A DNA stretch of 64,000 nucleotides, from positions 210,182,001 through 210,246,000 of the forward strand of contig NC_058368.1 in NCBI RefSeq assembly GCF_018350175.1, in the 5' to 3' direction. The position numbers and the translations under genes are program-made. The stretch is from Felis catus (Eukaryota). The first letter of the stretch is position 1. Each line of letters opens with the position of its first letter. The notes under the pieces were generated by a model, which saw only the letters and a program-made list of their open reading frames with translations, was not told where the DNA came from and did not search any database. Positions 36,828 through 49,645 of the stretch are shown here, piece after piece.

Positions 36828-38645
36828 CCCCCCCCACTCTCTCTGCAAAATAATAAAATAAATAATTAAAAATTTTTTATAAAAAAATAAAGCAGATGGG
36901 AATTAGAGTCCTAGCTCTTTGGATCAGAGGAGTGGATTTGAAAGTGACTGCCTTCTATGTGTGGCCTCCATCAGGATTTTACCAAAAGTCATCCTCATTT
37001 TGATGCCTGTGTGTCACTTGTGCATAAATTTAATAAAAATACCACAAAGTATTACATTCGTACACTGAAACTACCTATTTATTCATATTTCTCTTCACCT
37101 GTTCTCGTTTTCCTATTATTGGCTATAGTAGAAGAACTTTATAAATACATCATAAATGTAATAAACATATTACAATGGATCCACCAGGCAAAGATGGCTT
37201 GAAACACTGAAACTCCTATTTATCTCCTTTTTTTGGAATTTGCTTTATTCTCAAGGACCTTTTTTGCATAGGCCAAAAAGTACTATTTTTTTTGTCAGGA
37301 TTCATGAATTGAGCAAGGTTAAAATAGAACCAGTAGTTATCAGATTTTTAGGTTTCAGTGCTTGCCCTGGTGAGTAGATTTAAAACAAAAACTTATGATT
37401 ATTTTTGGAGAAAAAGATTGTCTAGGAAACAATAAGTTCTGCTTTGTTATATAAATGGAGCCAAGTATTTTCAGTAATAGTTTCACTTAGGCCTGAATTC
37501 TGTTCTACAGAGAACTGAGTGACATACCTACAAAGATAGTGTGTTAGCAAGCATTTTTCCAACTTTTATTTTAAATCTTAAAGGTAACTTAATCACATGT
37601 AATTTAAGAATCTATCAAAGCACATGTGTAAAACTTGAGGAAATATCTTCCTTTGCCTAATACTAAAAAATGTAATCAAAATGTACAAAATATGCAGACA
37701 AGGGGGCACCTGGGTGGCTCAGTTGGTTAAGCATGCAACTTTGGCTCAGGTCACGATCTCAAGGTTTGTGAGTTCAGGTCCTGCGTTGGACTCTGTGCTG
37801 CCAGTTCAGAACCTGGAGCCTGCTTCGGAATCTGTCTCCCTCTCTCTCTGCCCCTCCCCTACTCACACTCTGTCTCTCTCAATAAGAAACATTAAAATTT
37901 TTTTTTAAATATATGCAGATCAGGATTATAGATTGCTTGACTCAGTGAGCCAAAGAACTAAATGAATATGATTTTTCTTGTCACTATTAAATAAATAGTT
38001 TCTTATTCTTCAAAATGTGTGAAATGTATAAATAAAATCATCTTTTATAATGTTTGTATTGGCAATAATAAAATAGGGTCTATTGGAAAATGAATTGGTA
38101 TCTATTAGAAATGTTAACATGAAATAAGGATTAAATGGCAAAGTTCTCTCACCAATAAAAGTCACATTTATGAAGTCTATATTTTATTATATTCCATTTT
38201 AGGAAAGAGTAATATACAACTACCTTCATACAAAATGAGAAATAATGGAAAATAAATGTCAACCATATGAACCCCTCCTCCTCTGCCATTTTTCCCTTTT
38301 CACTTAGTACTTTCTCCGGGAGGTGATGCATACAAATGCTGAACTGTTACGAAAGCAATAAAAAGTCCATTTTTTAAAACTTTGTTTCCCATGAATTAAG
38401 GAAGGGTTTAGTTATCTGAAATATCATGTTTAAAATTAGCAAATTTCAGGGCGCCTGGGTGGCTCAGCCGGTTAAGCGTCTGACTTTGGCTCAGGTCATG
38501 ATCTCATGGCTTGTGAGTTTGAGCTGTGCTGACGGCTCAGACCCTGGAGCCTGTTTCAGATTCTGTGTCTCCCTCTCTCTCTGACCCTCCCCTGTTCATG
38601 CTCTGTCTCTCTCTGTCTCAAAAATAAACGTTAAAAAAAATTAAA
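36656..38645 (+). mobile_element. Three Can-SINEs in RANBP3L last intron (36656-36890, 37702-37888, 38448-38645)
   Basis: SINE consensus; first has an expanded (CT)n. Confidence 0.9.
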
Positions 38646-38808
38646 ATTTAAAATTAGCAAATTTCCAAATGTTACATATAAAATGTAAATTCTACATTTT
38701 GCATTTCATCACCTGTAAGCATCTTCATGCATATTCATGTTCAGTTGTGTTCAATATTAAATCTAATCTGAATGTAACATTTTCTAACATTTTAAATTTA
38801 TATCACAG

Positions 38809-38852
38809 ATCCTTCGAGGTGGACCCACAGACAGTCGGTTGCCTGTTCATGA
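38809..38852 (+). CDS. RANBP3L: RANBP3L last coding exon
   Basis: tcacag|AT CCT..TCA TGA; DPSRWTHRQSVACS*. Confidence 0.93.
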
Positions 38853-39694
38853 GCACTATCTACTATAAATGTGACAACATCTACAAAAAGATTGATCACC
38901 TTACTGAAAATCCTAAATCATCTTAAGTAAATGAGAAGATCCTATTCATCCCTTGAAGAGTTTTTATAGCAAAGTTCATAAAACATAATTTGTTGCAATT
39001 AAAATTTTTCTCTTATGTAGTCAAATAATTGTAAGGTTTTACATTTTGATTATTGTGGAGAAAATGAAAGAATTTAAGAAATGCATGGACTTCGGAAGTT
39101 CAAAATTTATCATTTTTGAAGAGGTAATTTAGAATAGGGTTTGATAACTAATTTGGACTATTCATCACATTGGTGGATATCATAGTTAAAATAAATTTCT
39201 GGATTTGATAAATATCTAACTAAGATATTTATTTTTTCAGTCATACACTGTCTGGTCATAAAACAAACATTTTAAAGATTTCCAGTCATGTCTTCAAAAC
39301 ACTGTAACTGCATGCTAACATTTGATTAAGTCGTGTTTATTTTCTGGGAAATGAGTATTTGCATTTAACCTTTGAATTTACTAATACTATAAGATTATAT
39401 ATTCATGGTATGAATTTCTTTAAATTTAGTATTGTTCATGGACCTGTATCCATTGTACCTTGTATATGGCTGATTCCAGGTCAGCATCCAATAGTTGTTG
39501 AAGGGATGAACAAAATACATTACCTATGTAACAAAACAGTAAGTATACAAAAGTAAAATATGTTAACTCGTTCTTTGCTTTATGTAATTAAATTGTCATT
39601 AATATTTTATGGGTGTAGCTGTATAGAGCCTGTTTTTTTTATACATACATATAGCCAAATAAATCTTTTCTTTTTAAAAAAATGTTTATTTATT

Positions 39695-40084
39695 GGGGCA
39701 CCTCAGTGGCTCAGTGGGTTAAACATCTGACTCTTGATCCCAGCTCGTGATCTCATAGTTTATGAGTTCAAGCTCCACGTCAACCTTTCTGCTGTCAGTG
39801 CAAAGCCTACTTCAGAATCTTTGCCCCCCTCTCTCACTCCCCTCCCCCCTCAAAAACAAATAAACAAATGTTTATCTAATAATAAAATTTGCTTTAATTA
39901 ATTGAGAGAGAGAGAGTGCATGAATGGAGAAGGGGCACAGAGAGGGAAAGAGAGAATCCCAAGCAGGCTCTGCACTCTCAGCACAGAGCCCAATGCAGGG
40001 CTCAAACTCATGAACTGGGAGCTCCTGACCTGAGCCAAAATCAAGAGTCTGGTGCTCAACTGACTGAGCCACCCAGGCGCCCCC
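39695..40084. mobile_element. Inverted (tail-to-tail) Can-SINE pair
   Basis: + copy 39695-39868, - copy 39895-40084. Confidence 0.88.
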
Positions 40085-40305
40085 AAATGATACCATAATA
40101 ATGGTAGACTGTAATAATTTCAACAATCGTGCAACAGAGTTTTGATGCTCCTCTTTTGAGATTTGTCTCAGAGATACTTCATGAGTTACACACAAAAAAG
40201 TAGTCTCAGTGCTCGTAGCCATACTTCATTTTTTAATCAAGTTTGATCACCCCATGACTTCAAAATGACTTTTGATCATCACTCTTAAATAGTCCCTTGT
40301 TAGAG

Positions 40306-40679
40306 GCATCTTACTCTTCTCGGTCTGCCATAACAAAATACCGCAGACTGTGCAGCTTAAACAACAGACATTTCTTTCTCATAGCTCTAGAGTCTGAGAA
40401 GTCGAAGATCAAAGGGCCAACAAAATAGGTTTCATTCTGAGGCCTCTGCTCTTGGTTGTAGGCTACTCACAGGATCTCTTTGTGGGACACAGGCAGAGAG
40501 ACAGTAAGCTCTCTAGGGTCTCTTCCTATACACCAATACCATTACACCAGGGCCCTTCCCTCATAAACTTGTCTAACTGTAATTATCCCCCAAGACCCCA
40601 TCTCCAAATTCCATCACATTGGGTGCTAGGGCTTCAACATAGACATTTAGGGGGAGAACATAAACATTCAGTCCATAAC
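40306..40679 (-). mobile_element. MaLR LTR (MLT1-type solo LTR)
   Basis: ctgccataacaaaataccgcagactg..cttaaacaacaga..ccccatctccaaattccatcacattggg..cattcagtccataac. Confidence 0.8.
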
Positions 40680-43364
40680 TAGGGAATAAGATTTACAGTT
40701 CCAAAATGATTTCTGAAAAGTTTTTGAACAATGACGACATCTATCTGGAATAATGGGTCTAACTTCACTAAACGCTACTTTGAAGAACAATATTCATTTG
40801 GATGTAGACATGTGAATACACAATTTTTCAAAGTTACGTTATTTTGTTACAATACCTTTTACAGTAATAAAAGCAATTATATATAGATACATATAGATAT
40901 ACTAAAACCTGAGCTAATGCCTGAAAATTTTAGTTTGTCATGTGAAAGTTGAGTTAACTCTTTTCGACCATAATTTGATTGGAATATAAATTGTTCAAAG
41001 TTTTGTTCCTTCCCTATAACTGAGTATAACTTAGTGAAAAAGTGAGCTACTAAGAGAAGCCCATTCATTTTTCTAGTGACTGTGGAAGAAATACAGCATC
41101 CTTTACTTCTTTTTTTTTTTTAATTTTTTTTTTCAACTTTTTTATTTTTATTTTTGGGACAGAGAGAGACAGAGCATGAACGGGGGAGGGGCAGAGAGAG
41201 AGGGAGACACAGAATCGGAAACAGGCTCCAGGCTCTGAGCCATCAGCCCAGAGCCTGATGCGGGGCTCGAACTCACGGACCGCGAGATCGTGACCTGGCT
41301 GAAGTCGGACGCTTAACCGACTGCGCCACCCAGGCGCCCCATCAGCATCCTTTACTTCTAAATTAAGCAATGATTCAGGAAATGGAAAAGAAAAAGTTAA
41401 TGTGAGAGAATGATAGAGGAAAGGTAGAGAGAAGGTTAAAAAAAATAAAAGAATAGCTCTAGCATGAAAGAATAAAAAGAAAGGAAAAACAAATTTTAAA
41501 GTTGGTTGTGTTTTTTCAATCCCAAAAAGTGCCTCTGATGCAGAACACAGTCAGTGAAAATTTTCTTTAGAAGCTAACATAAACAGGAAGACATTTGGAG
41601 AAGAAATTAAAGAACTGGTTCTCTTTTCCTATAAGATCTTAGCCAATAGGGGAACGTTGTGATTGCACTAAATTGTTAAAGTGAAGCAGGGAACAGAGAT
41701 CTTTATCCTCCTAACATGTTCATTCTTGCCCTCACTTTAAGGTGGAGATAGAGCAATGTTTTCTCAATGCCTCAAACATTTTAATGTAATTTGAATTCAT
41801 TCTTTCCTTCTGTGATTTTCCTTGAACTTCTCTGCAAATACCAAGCAAAAAAAAAAAAAATAGATTACTTCAATTACTTGTCTATATATTAATGCCAGTG
41901 CAACAGAATCAAAAATAGTATTAGAATGTCAGGAAGGCAGAGAAAGAGTGAAAATTTCTGGATTACGACATGGTTACTCACAGCAGAAACATGGTATTTA
42001 GCTTGTGACTTTCAAATCATTTTCTGTCCACTGTACTATTCCTTCTTACAATCTTTATGCAAATATTTAGTAAAATTTTGGATAATAGTAGAAACATCTT
42101 ATAGTTTCTGTTTGTCCTATTTCTTCATCTAACCTCCTTTTTGGCTTTTCTACATACTTTGACCTCTCTTTAACATGAAGAGATCATCATACAATGATAA
42201 TCATTTTCATAAGTTATTAGGTGATCTCAAAGCACACATCTTCTTAGATTTTAATAGAAGCTGCTTTTATTAAAATTTTATTAAATATTTCCCAAATATA
42301 TTAGATATATATTTAACATTATATCTAATTATATATCATATATATATATATATATATGTAAAATAAACTTAACAGTCTTCTCTTTCAACAGGACTTTAGA
42401 CTTTACCAAGTTATTCAGCTTAATTTATGGCCCGTCAAAATGTTCTCTCTTTAAACTATTATTTTACATCCATTACTACCAAAGCCAGGAACCCTTTGAC
42501 CCCAGGGACTAATAACCTATGCAAGTCTTAGAGTATGTGGATGCCATTAAAGAAAAGGGGCGGGGGTGTGTATCTTTCATAGAGTCAGAATGTACATGAA
42601 GTGAGTTGGAGGGGGATCTAGGGATTGGGAAGGATGCATCTTAAGCTTTGTAAATCCTCAAATTGTGAATATCACAATGATATAGAACTTTTCCCATAAA
42701 ATGTTGAAAACAAATAAACTTCTTGAGATGTGTTTACCAGGTGGTTGGGTAAGCTTACTCTAGAAAAGTACACCAGCACTGCCAGACCTGGGGTTTGAGT
42801 TTGAAACTCAGTAACATTACAGATTATTTTAGTAGTTTGAGGGTACTGAAACTCATATTAAATTCATGAATGCAAGCACTTTTGTTTGTTTTGCAGTGAA
42901 TAGATCATACCCACAGTACTGCATGATTTTTGACATCAGACTTGGAGTGGACAAACTGGAATACATGAACACATTTAAAGTTTCTAAGATGATATTTAGA
43001 AACTGTGGCATTGGAGAAGTTATTGAAATAACTGGGAATGTTTAGCCTTATAAAGCCTTGATGTAATAGCTTTCAAATAATTTAGAAGATTGGCAAAACT
43101 TCTTAATCTCTGCCAATCTAGTGGATATGAAAGACTATTTCAGTGAAATTACCTTAATTTGTATTTTTCTAATTTCTAATAAGGTTGAGTATATTTCAGA
43201 TATTTATTCTCTGCTTTTTTCTTCTAAGAAATTCCTGTTCATAAATAATATTTGCAAAGCTAAGCATGTTATTTTCCCCTTTTAGTGGCTTCTTAGCATA
43301 TACAGCATAAAAGCCAAGTTCCTAAGCATTGATATAACACCTTCCATGTCTTTCCCCCATCTGC

Positions 43365-43858
43365 CTTTTTTTTTTAACTTGTTTTATTTTTTATTTTTTT
43401 TAAATTTACATCCAAATTAGTTAGCATATAGTGCAACAATGATTTCAGGAGTAGATTCCTTAATGCCCCTTACCCATTTAGCCCATCCCCCCTCCCACAA
43501 CCCCTCCAGTAACCCTCTGTTCTCCATATTTATGAGTCTTTTCTCATAATGAGGTTTTGTCCACCTCCCTGTTTTTATTATTTTTTCCCTTTCCCTATGT
43601 TCATCTGTTTTGTCTCTTAAAGTCCTCATATGAGTGAAGTCATATGATTTTTGTCTTTCTCTGACTGACTAATTTCACTTAGCATAATACCCTCCAGTTC
43701 CATCCACGTAGTTGCAAATGGCAAGATTTCATTCTTTTTGATTGCCGAGTAATACTCCATTGTGTATATATACCACATCTTCTTTATCCATTCATTCATT
43801 GATGGACATTTGGGCTCTTTCCATACTTTGGCTATTGTTGATAGTGCTGCTATAAATA
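43365..43858 (-). mobile_element. Felid L1 3' end
   Basis: ORF2 C-terminus WIKKMWYIYTMEYYSAIKKNE on - strand; poly(T); TSD cccccatc..cctttt. Confidence 0.9.
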
Positions 43859-44074
43859 CCCCCATCCACCTTTTATAGTAATCTGCCTCTCTAGCCTCAC
43901 CTTTCATTGTTGCTTGCCTCCCTCTAAATTCCCTAGGAATTCAGAACTGCTATTTCATTCTCCATACTTTTGCTCATGCTGTTTCCTCTCTAGAAATCCT
44001 TACTATAACAGTGTTGGAATAGTGAGAAGAGAAACGACCTTGAGGATGTTCAAGTTATAAATGAGTAACTCACA

Positions 44075-44826
44075 GGAGTGCCTAGGTGGCTCAGTCAGTT
44101 GGGCGTCTGACTTTGGCTCAGGTCATGATCTCACGGTTTGTGCATTCCAGCCCCACGTCAGGCTCTGTGCTGACAGCTCAGAGCCTGGAGCCTGTTTCAG
44201 ATTCTGTGTCTCCCTCTCTCTCTGCCCCTCCCCTGACTCACACTCTGTCTCTCTCAAAAATAAACATAAAAAATTAAAAAAAAAAGAAAAATAAATAAAA
44301 AAATGAGTAACTCACATCCCATAGAAATTAAGAGATGTGCTTAAATTTCCACTACAAGTCACTATTAGCACCTGCTGTGAGGCAACGTTCCTGGCCAGTG
44401 ACTTACTAAAAGACATCTGGGGTGCCTGGGTGGCTCAGTTGACTAAGTGTCTGGCTCTGGATTTTGGCTCAGGTCATGATTTCACGGTTTGTGAGTTTGA
44501 GCCCATGTTGGGCTCTGCACTGACAGCATGAAGCCTGCTTGAGACTCCCACTCTCCCTCTGCCCTTCCCTATGCTTTCTCTCTCAAAAAAATAACATTAA
44601 AAAATACTGTGTGGTGGCTGGGTGGTTCAGTCAGTTAAATGTCCGACTTCAGCTCAGGTCATGACCTCACGGTTTGTGCATTCCAGCCTCACGTCAGGCT
44701 CTGTGCTGACAGCTCAGAGCCTGGAGCCTGCTTTAGATTCTGTGTCTCCCTCTCTCTCTGCCCCTCCCCTCCCCCCACTCATGCTCTGTCTCCTTCTGTC
44801 TCTCAAAAATAAACATTTAAAAAAAT
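44075..44826 (+). mobile_element. Cluster of three Can-SINEs (44075-44300, 44419-44604, 44612-44826)
   Basis: SINE consensus. Confidence 0.9.
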
Positions 44827-45899
44827 ACTTTAAAAGTAGACATCTATCAGACTCAATTGTATATTTCTTAATAATATAGTACCCGGCACGCATTAGGGAT
44901 TCTATATTCAGTGAACCCATGAATAAATGGTAGTGGTGGTGGCTAGCTGAGAAGGAAGAGCCCAGATTCAGAATCAATTTGGGCTTGATAGAGCCTTGGT
45001 GCCACTCTAGTTCAGTATCTTCATTTTACCGATGTGGAATCCGAGGCCCAGAAAGAGTTAGCAACCTTCCCAAAGTCCACAGACTAGTTATTGATAGTGC
45101 TAGGACTCTAAAGAAGCAAAGAGGGAGCCAAAGCAAGTGCATGTGAGGAGCATTAGGGTAACAGTAGAATGTGGACTGCCATTTGACTCTCCCCTTATCA
45201 TGCGAGCGTTTTCTTGCACGTCCATTACCACTAACTCAACCTAGGGCCACGTCTAACTATTCCAACAGTGCCAAGTCTCCTTCCTACCCCTGCCTCCCAA
45301 TCCACGCAATAGTCCCAAGCCAGATCAACAGTCCTCAAACATTGTTTTCAGGACTCGCATCTTTCCAGTTAAAAGCTTTCAAAAGGCCACGACTGCCTAT
45401 AGAATAAAGTCCAAATTACTAACATTCTTAAGCTTTCTCTCTTGTCCTAGCTACCTTTTCAACGTTCTCTCCCCATCCAGAAATACTTCACTTGGCCAGA
45501 TTCCTCTACCCGCTATCCTCTAATTTCCTCAATGGCTACCTGTCTCCCTCCGGAATGATAGTTTTTTGGTTGTCAGCAGAGGCTGTAACTTGTGCAGTCT
45601 CACGGGCGCCATGCTTAGATGGGCCGGGCACCCGGCTTACCGCTCTCCGTCTTGAAATTCTTGATAATTTCTGAACAAGAAGCTCGCATTTTCATTTAGC
45701 ACTAGGCCCCACAAATTATGCACATGGTCTTTGGTCAGTTTCCTTGCCCCTCCCCCTCCCCCCACACTCCCCAGCCCAGTGTTGGTCATATTGGCCTTCT
45801 GCCTAGACTTAGTTGAACGAAGGGATAAAGAATGCAGTCTTATGTGCCATGATTAAAGAGTGGTTTTATGTGGTCTGTTCAAGAGCAATAAAGAAGCCC

Positions 45900-47330
45900 A
45901 GGCAAGGAGGTGCTTACAGGCACCTGCTCTCCCGCCAGGCGCTCGAAACCCCACCCGCAGTCCCCCGCGCCGCTTCAGACCGGTTCCAGCTGGATTCCTA
46001 AGGCAGCTCTATCGCCAAATAGAATCCCAGCCCTTCTTCTGGCCACAGCCAACCCCCGCAGCTCCTCAGGCTCCGAAACCGCAGCGGGCTCTGATTGGTT
46101 CACAGAGTTGGGGGCGGGCGTGTGGGTTTAGTGCCCACCCAGGGAAGGGGGTGGAGCTGGAGTCGGCCCCCGGGTGTCGAAGCGGCCACTGCGCAGGCGT
46201 GGATGGAAACGGATACACAAACAAACAAAACCCACCACCCTGAGGCCTCTAGCTTTTCCCCGCCCACCTTTCCCTGGCTCGGGCTCTCCCTCCTCCCAGT
46301 CGCCGGGTTTTCCCCGCCCCCGTCAACGTCTGGGCACGTCCCCCTCGCGGCGCGGGCCACGCACTGTAGTGCTCTTAACCTCTGCCCGCCCGGCGCGGAG
46401 TTAGAGGCCGGGTCTGCGCGGGCCGCGCGCACTGTTGGTGGCGGGAGCCCGGGCCTGCAGCCCCGCCGGGCGGAGGATGACTTGCTACCGAGGCTTCCTG
46501 CTGGGCAGCTGTCGGCGTGTGGCAGGCGGCCGGGCGGCGGTGCTGAGGGGGCCGGGCGCGGGAGGCCCCGCCGCGCGGCCGCGGCTCTGCGGTGACGGCG
46601 GCGGCCGGCGACACCTGGGGCAGGGGCAGCTGCGCGAGCTGGCGGGCTGTGGCAGCCGCCCCGAAGGCGGCTTCCGCCCCTCGCGGGTGGTGGTGGTGGC
46701 CAAAACCACCCGGTATGAGTTCGAGCAGCAGCGGTACCGTTACGCGGAGCTCTCGGAGGAGGATCTGAAGCAGCTGGTGGGTCCCTGCGGCCCCTGCGGT
46801 TGTGTGTGGGCTCGACCCCGGCTTTGTGGTGTGGCGAGACCTCTCGGGATGACCCTTCTACCCCGGCGCCCTAAATGTCCAGCCTTCCCAGCTCGCTGCC
46901 CTCCATCCTTCTGGCTTCGCTCGTAGACCCCCGCCCTCTGTGTATGTTGAGAGAGGGGGGGGGTCATTGAAACTGCAGAGACCCCCCCCAAGACGGAGAG
47001 GAAGACTTGGGGGGGCAGGGGCTCCCAGTGGGAAGGGTTTGGGGATTCATTTGCGCCCTCGCTAGCCCCACTCCCTATTCTCCCTTTGGGGATTAGCAAC
47101 AACAGCCCCGAGAAAGGTGGGCCAGTGGCTGAGGTCTGGACGCCCTGGAAACCGCTCCCCAAGCCTCCCCGAGAAAAAGGGCCCCCCCCCCCCGGGCGCC
47201 GCTGCGGGAAGTGGGAGAGAGGACGAAGGTACCGCGGACACACCCCCTTTTACTCTGCAGGACTGCTAGGCCTGGGATACTCCAGAAAGCCGGTCTGGGC
47301 GAGCCTTTTCCGTGATGGAACGTGGTCGTC
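45900..47330. promoter_or_regulatory. CpG island / NADK2 promoter
   Basis: Very GC- and CpG-rich segment; inverted CCAAT (attgg 46094-46098), GC box (ggggcggg 46111-46118), NRF1-like tgcgcaggcgt 46190-46200. Confidence 0.9.
46477..46776 (+). CDS. NADK2: NADK2 (mitochondrial NAD kinase) exon 1
   Basis: MTCYRGFLLGSCRRVAGG.. (Arg-rich targeting peptide) ..VVVVAKTTRYEFEQQRYRYAELSEEDLKQL|gtgggt. Confidence 0.97.
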
Positions 47331-49609
47331 AGACAAGGTTCTAGCAGCTTGTTTTAAAAGCACACGTGTTTTGAGTTCAGAGGTTAGCAAGGGAGAAAAT
47401 TTGACTTTGTGTTATTAAGTAGAAAGGGCAGGACAGAAGGCAGGTGAATCTGGCAATTAATGGAATAAAGAGCCTACGTCTATAACATAGTATCTCCACA
47501 AGAGACTGTATTTGGTACAGATAGTAACATGTTTGCAGAAGTATATAAATCCATCCAAGAAAAAGCCCTGAATATCTTCTCTCTTCCCTCTCCTTTTGAA
47601 ACTTCTGACCCCATGCTCCCTATCCACCAACTCTAGGAAAAGGGGAGTGAAGATGCTACCATGAACAATAGGGAAATCTCTAATTGTTGATACTGTGGCC
47701 CCAAAGGCTCTGGAGTTATACATGCTTATAACCATAATCTTGTAGAATTCTGTGTAAGAGTGGACAGCTTGTTTTAAACTTCTGGTATGGTTTGTAATCT
47801 TCAGATTTTTTCGTAATATTTTGCAGAGGTATCAAAATGAAATTGTAAATCCTCACTGCTTAAATATAGAGTCTGTTTTCAGCATTAAACTTCTTGATTC
47901 TTCAATGAGTTAATTGAGCAGGGTCCCTATTTTCCTTTAATGGAGGTGCTAGGTGCAGGTGTGTTTCCTCTCATTTAGTGTTTGAAGATGTAGCGATTTA
48001 TACAAGACAATTGTATCATTTTAAAAAGTAAATCAGTTAATTTGAGTAGGAAGTTGGAGTAGTTATGTTTTGTCAGGGAGTGAAATTGGGGATGAGGCAG
48101 GGAATAATGTCAGAGGCAAGCACATTGTTTCTGTTCTGGGAAAGAGGTGTGTCGTTTGGATTGTACTCCCAGTTTTGCAAGCTCTACTTTTTAGAAATTG
48201 TCAAACATATGTATAAAAATGTTTTCTATACAATTTTATCAAAGCCCCTCGCAGCAGTTTAAAGTAGTACACTCCATTGGCGTGTTTGGAGTGTGGGATT
48301 GGGAGTTAGGAGCTTGGGGTTCTAGGCCCAGTTTGTGTGGTTAACTTCCTATCAGTCTTTTTAACTTCTCTGGGCCTCATGCATGAAAATGATACCTTTT
48401 TGTAGTACTGTCAGGTTTTAAAAGTGCTTTCACCTAGTTCAGTATATGAAACAGTAGGCTGGACTAGATAGCCTCTACAGGCTCTTTTTCGTGCTGGCAT
48501 TTTGAAACTCTGGATGATTTTTCAAGGCCTCAAGAAGACGAGTGTCCTCTACATTAGATTAATTCTGGGACCTCTGAATTAGATTGCCACTAATCAAAAC
48601 ATTTTAAATGTAGGCAGATCAGTAAGTAAGTCTTTAGAAATTGAACTACATAGTGTACCCACTATAGGTATCTAAAGAGAAATCTCTAATAGGTAAATAT
48701 TTGTCTATTGCTAGGTAATGCTGTTTGGGAGAAGAAAACTTAGTGTTAAAACTTCTGTACTATAGAACACATGGTTTTGTAATCTCAAGGCAGTGAAATA
48801 GTCGTTGTTGTCATTTCAGTTACATTATATTGGATTAGTTCCTTACTGATTTGAGTTTACCATTTACATTAAAGCCAGTATTCAGAATGGAATAGCAGTA
48901 GATGGAGTTGAGGCCAGATATGGGGCTGTGTAAAGTTTTTCTAAAATGGGACTCTGTAGTAGGACTGATAAGCTGGCCAATATTGTTTGCTGTTTTGCTG
49001 GGGTAAAAGATACTAAGATATATGAATAATGTGAATTGAGTACAAAAGAAAGTGGCCATGTGCTTACTTTAGTCTCTGGCACCTTACCTCTGATGTCTAT
49101 AGTGTCATGGTAACCTGAAGTTTTATACCAGAGGGTTCTCTTTTGTTGTGGAGGTGGTGGTTTTGTTGCAGAATAGGTCTCTGTTAGGTTGTTAAAATGC
49201 AAATAGAAGATGAAGGATGGAGTGCCAGTATAATCTTATACCCCAAAGCCTCATGGGTTACTTAAGTAGAAGAAATACTTCTTAGTTGATAAAGCGTGTA
49301 CAAAATAGGGTTACATCTTTGAAGCTTGGTCTTTCACTTTTATTGGTGGCATTGCTTTATTTTTAATTCGTGCAGTGATGTTTCCTGTGAATTTCTGGTG
49401 TAGGATTTTACCTCTGCTGGCTCATTACCTTGCCACTCAACAAATTAGATCTTTAGATGAATCAAAGATGATTGGAAAGGGTTTTGCCATTGTAAACATG
49501 CCTTATTGGCCAAAGAGAAGGTTTTATTGAAAACTATTTTAATATATACTAAATGAGACATTAACAATTTCCACCCTTCTCTCCCTCCACCGCAACTCCC
49601 TTTAATGGT

Positions 49610-49613
49610 TGCC

Positions 49614-49645
<32 letters not shown>

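Larger units (their letters stand above)
15814..38852 (+). other. RANBP3L: RANBP3L gene, coding exons 2-14 (5' exon not seen in window)
   Basis: 13 GT-AG exons splice in frame to a protein matching RAN binding protein 3-like (KSVIAQPIFVF, KRVRSSSF, FVFGENM, RanBD1 domain, C-terminus WTHRQSVACS*); lies upstream of NADK2 on the same strand, as in human 5p13. Confidence 0.97.

Noticed and set aside
15814..38852. RANBP3L as a pseudogene because of the lost exon 10 acceptor
   Set aside because: An in-phase alternative AG exists and all 13 exons splice without a stop.
45813..47418. Overlapping long ORFs on both strands
   Set aside because: Stop-poor GC-rich CpG island; only 46477-46776 matches NADK2 with a donor site.
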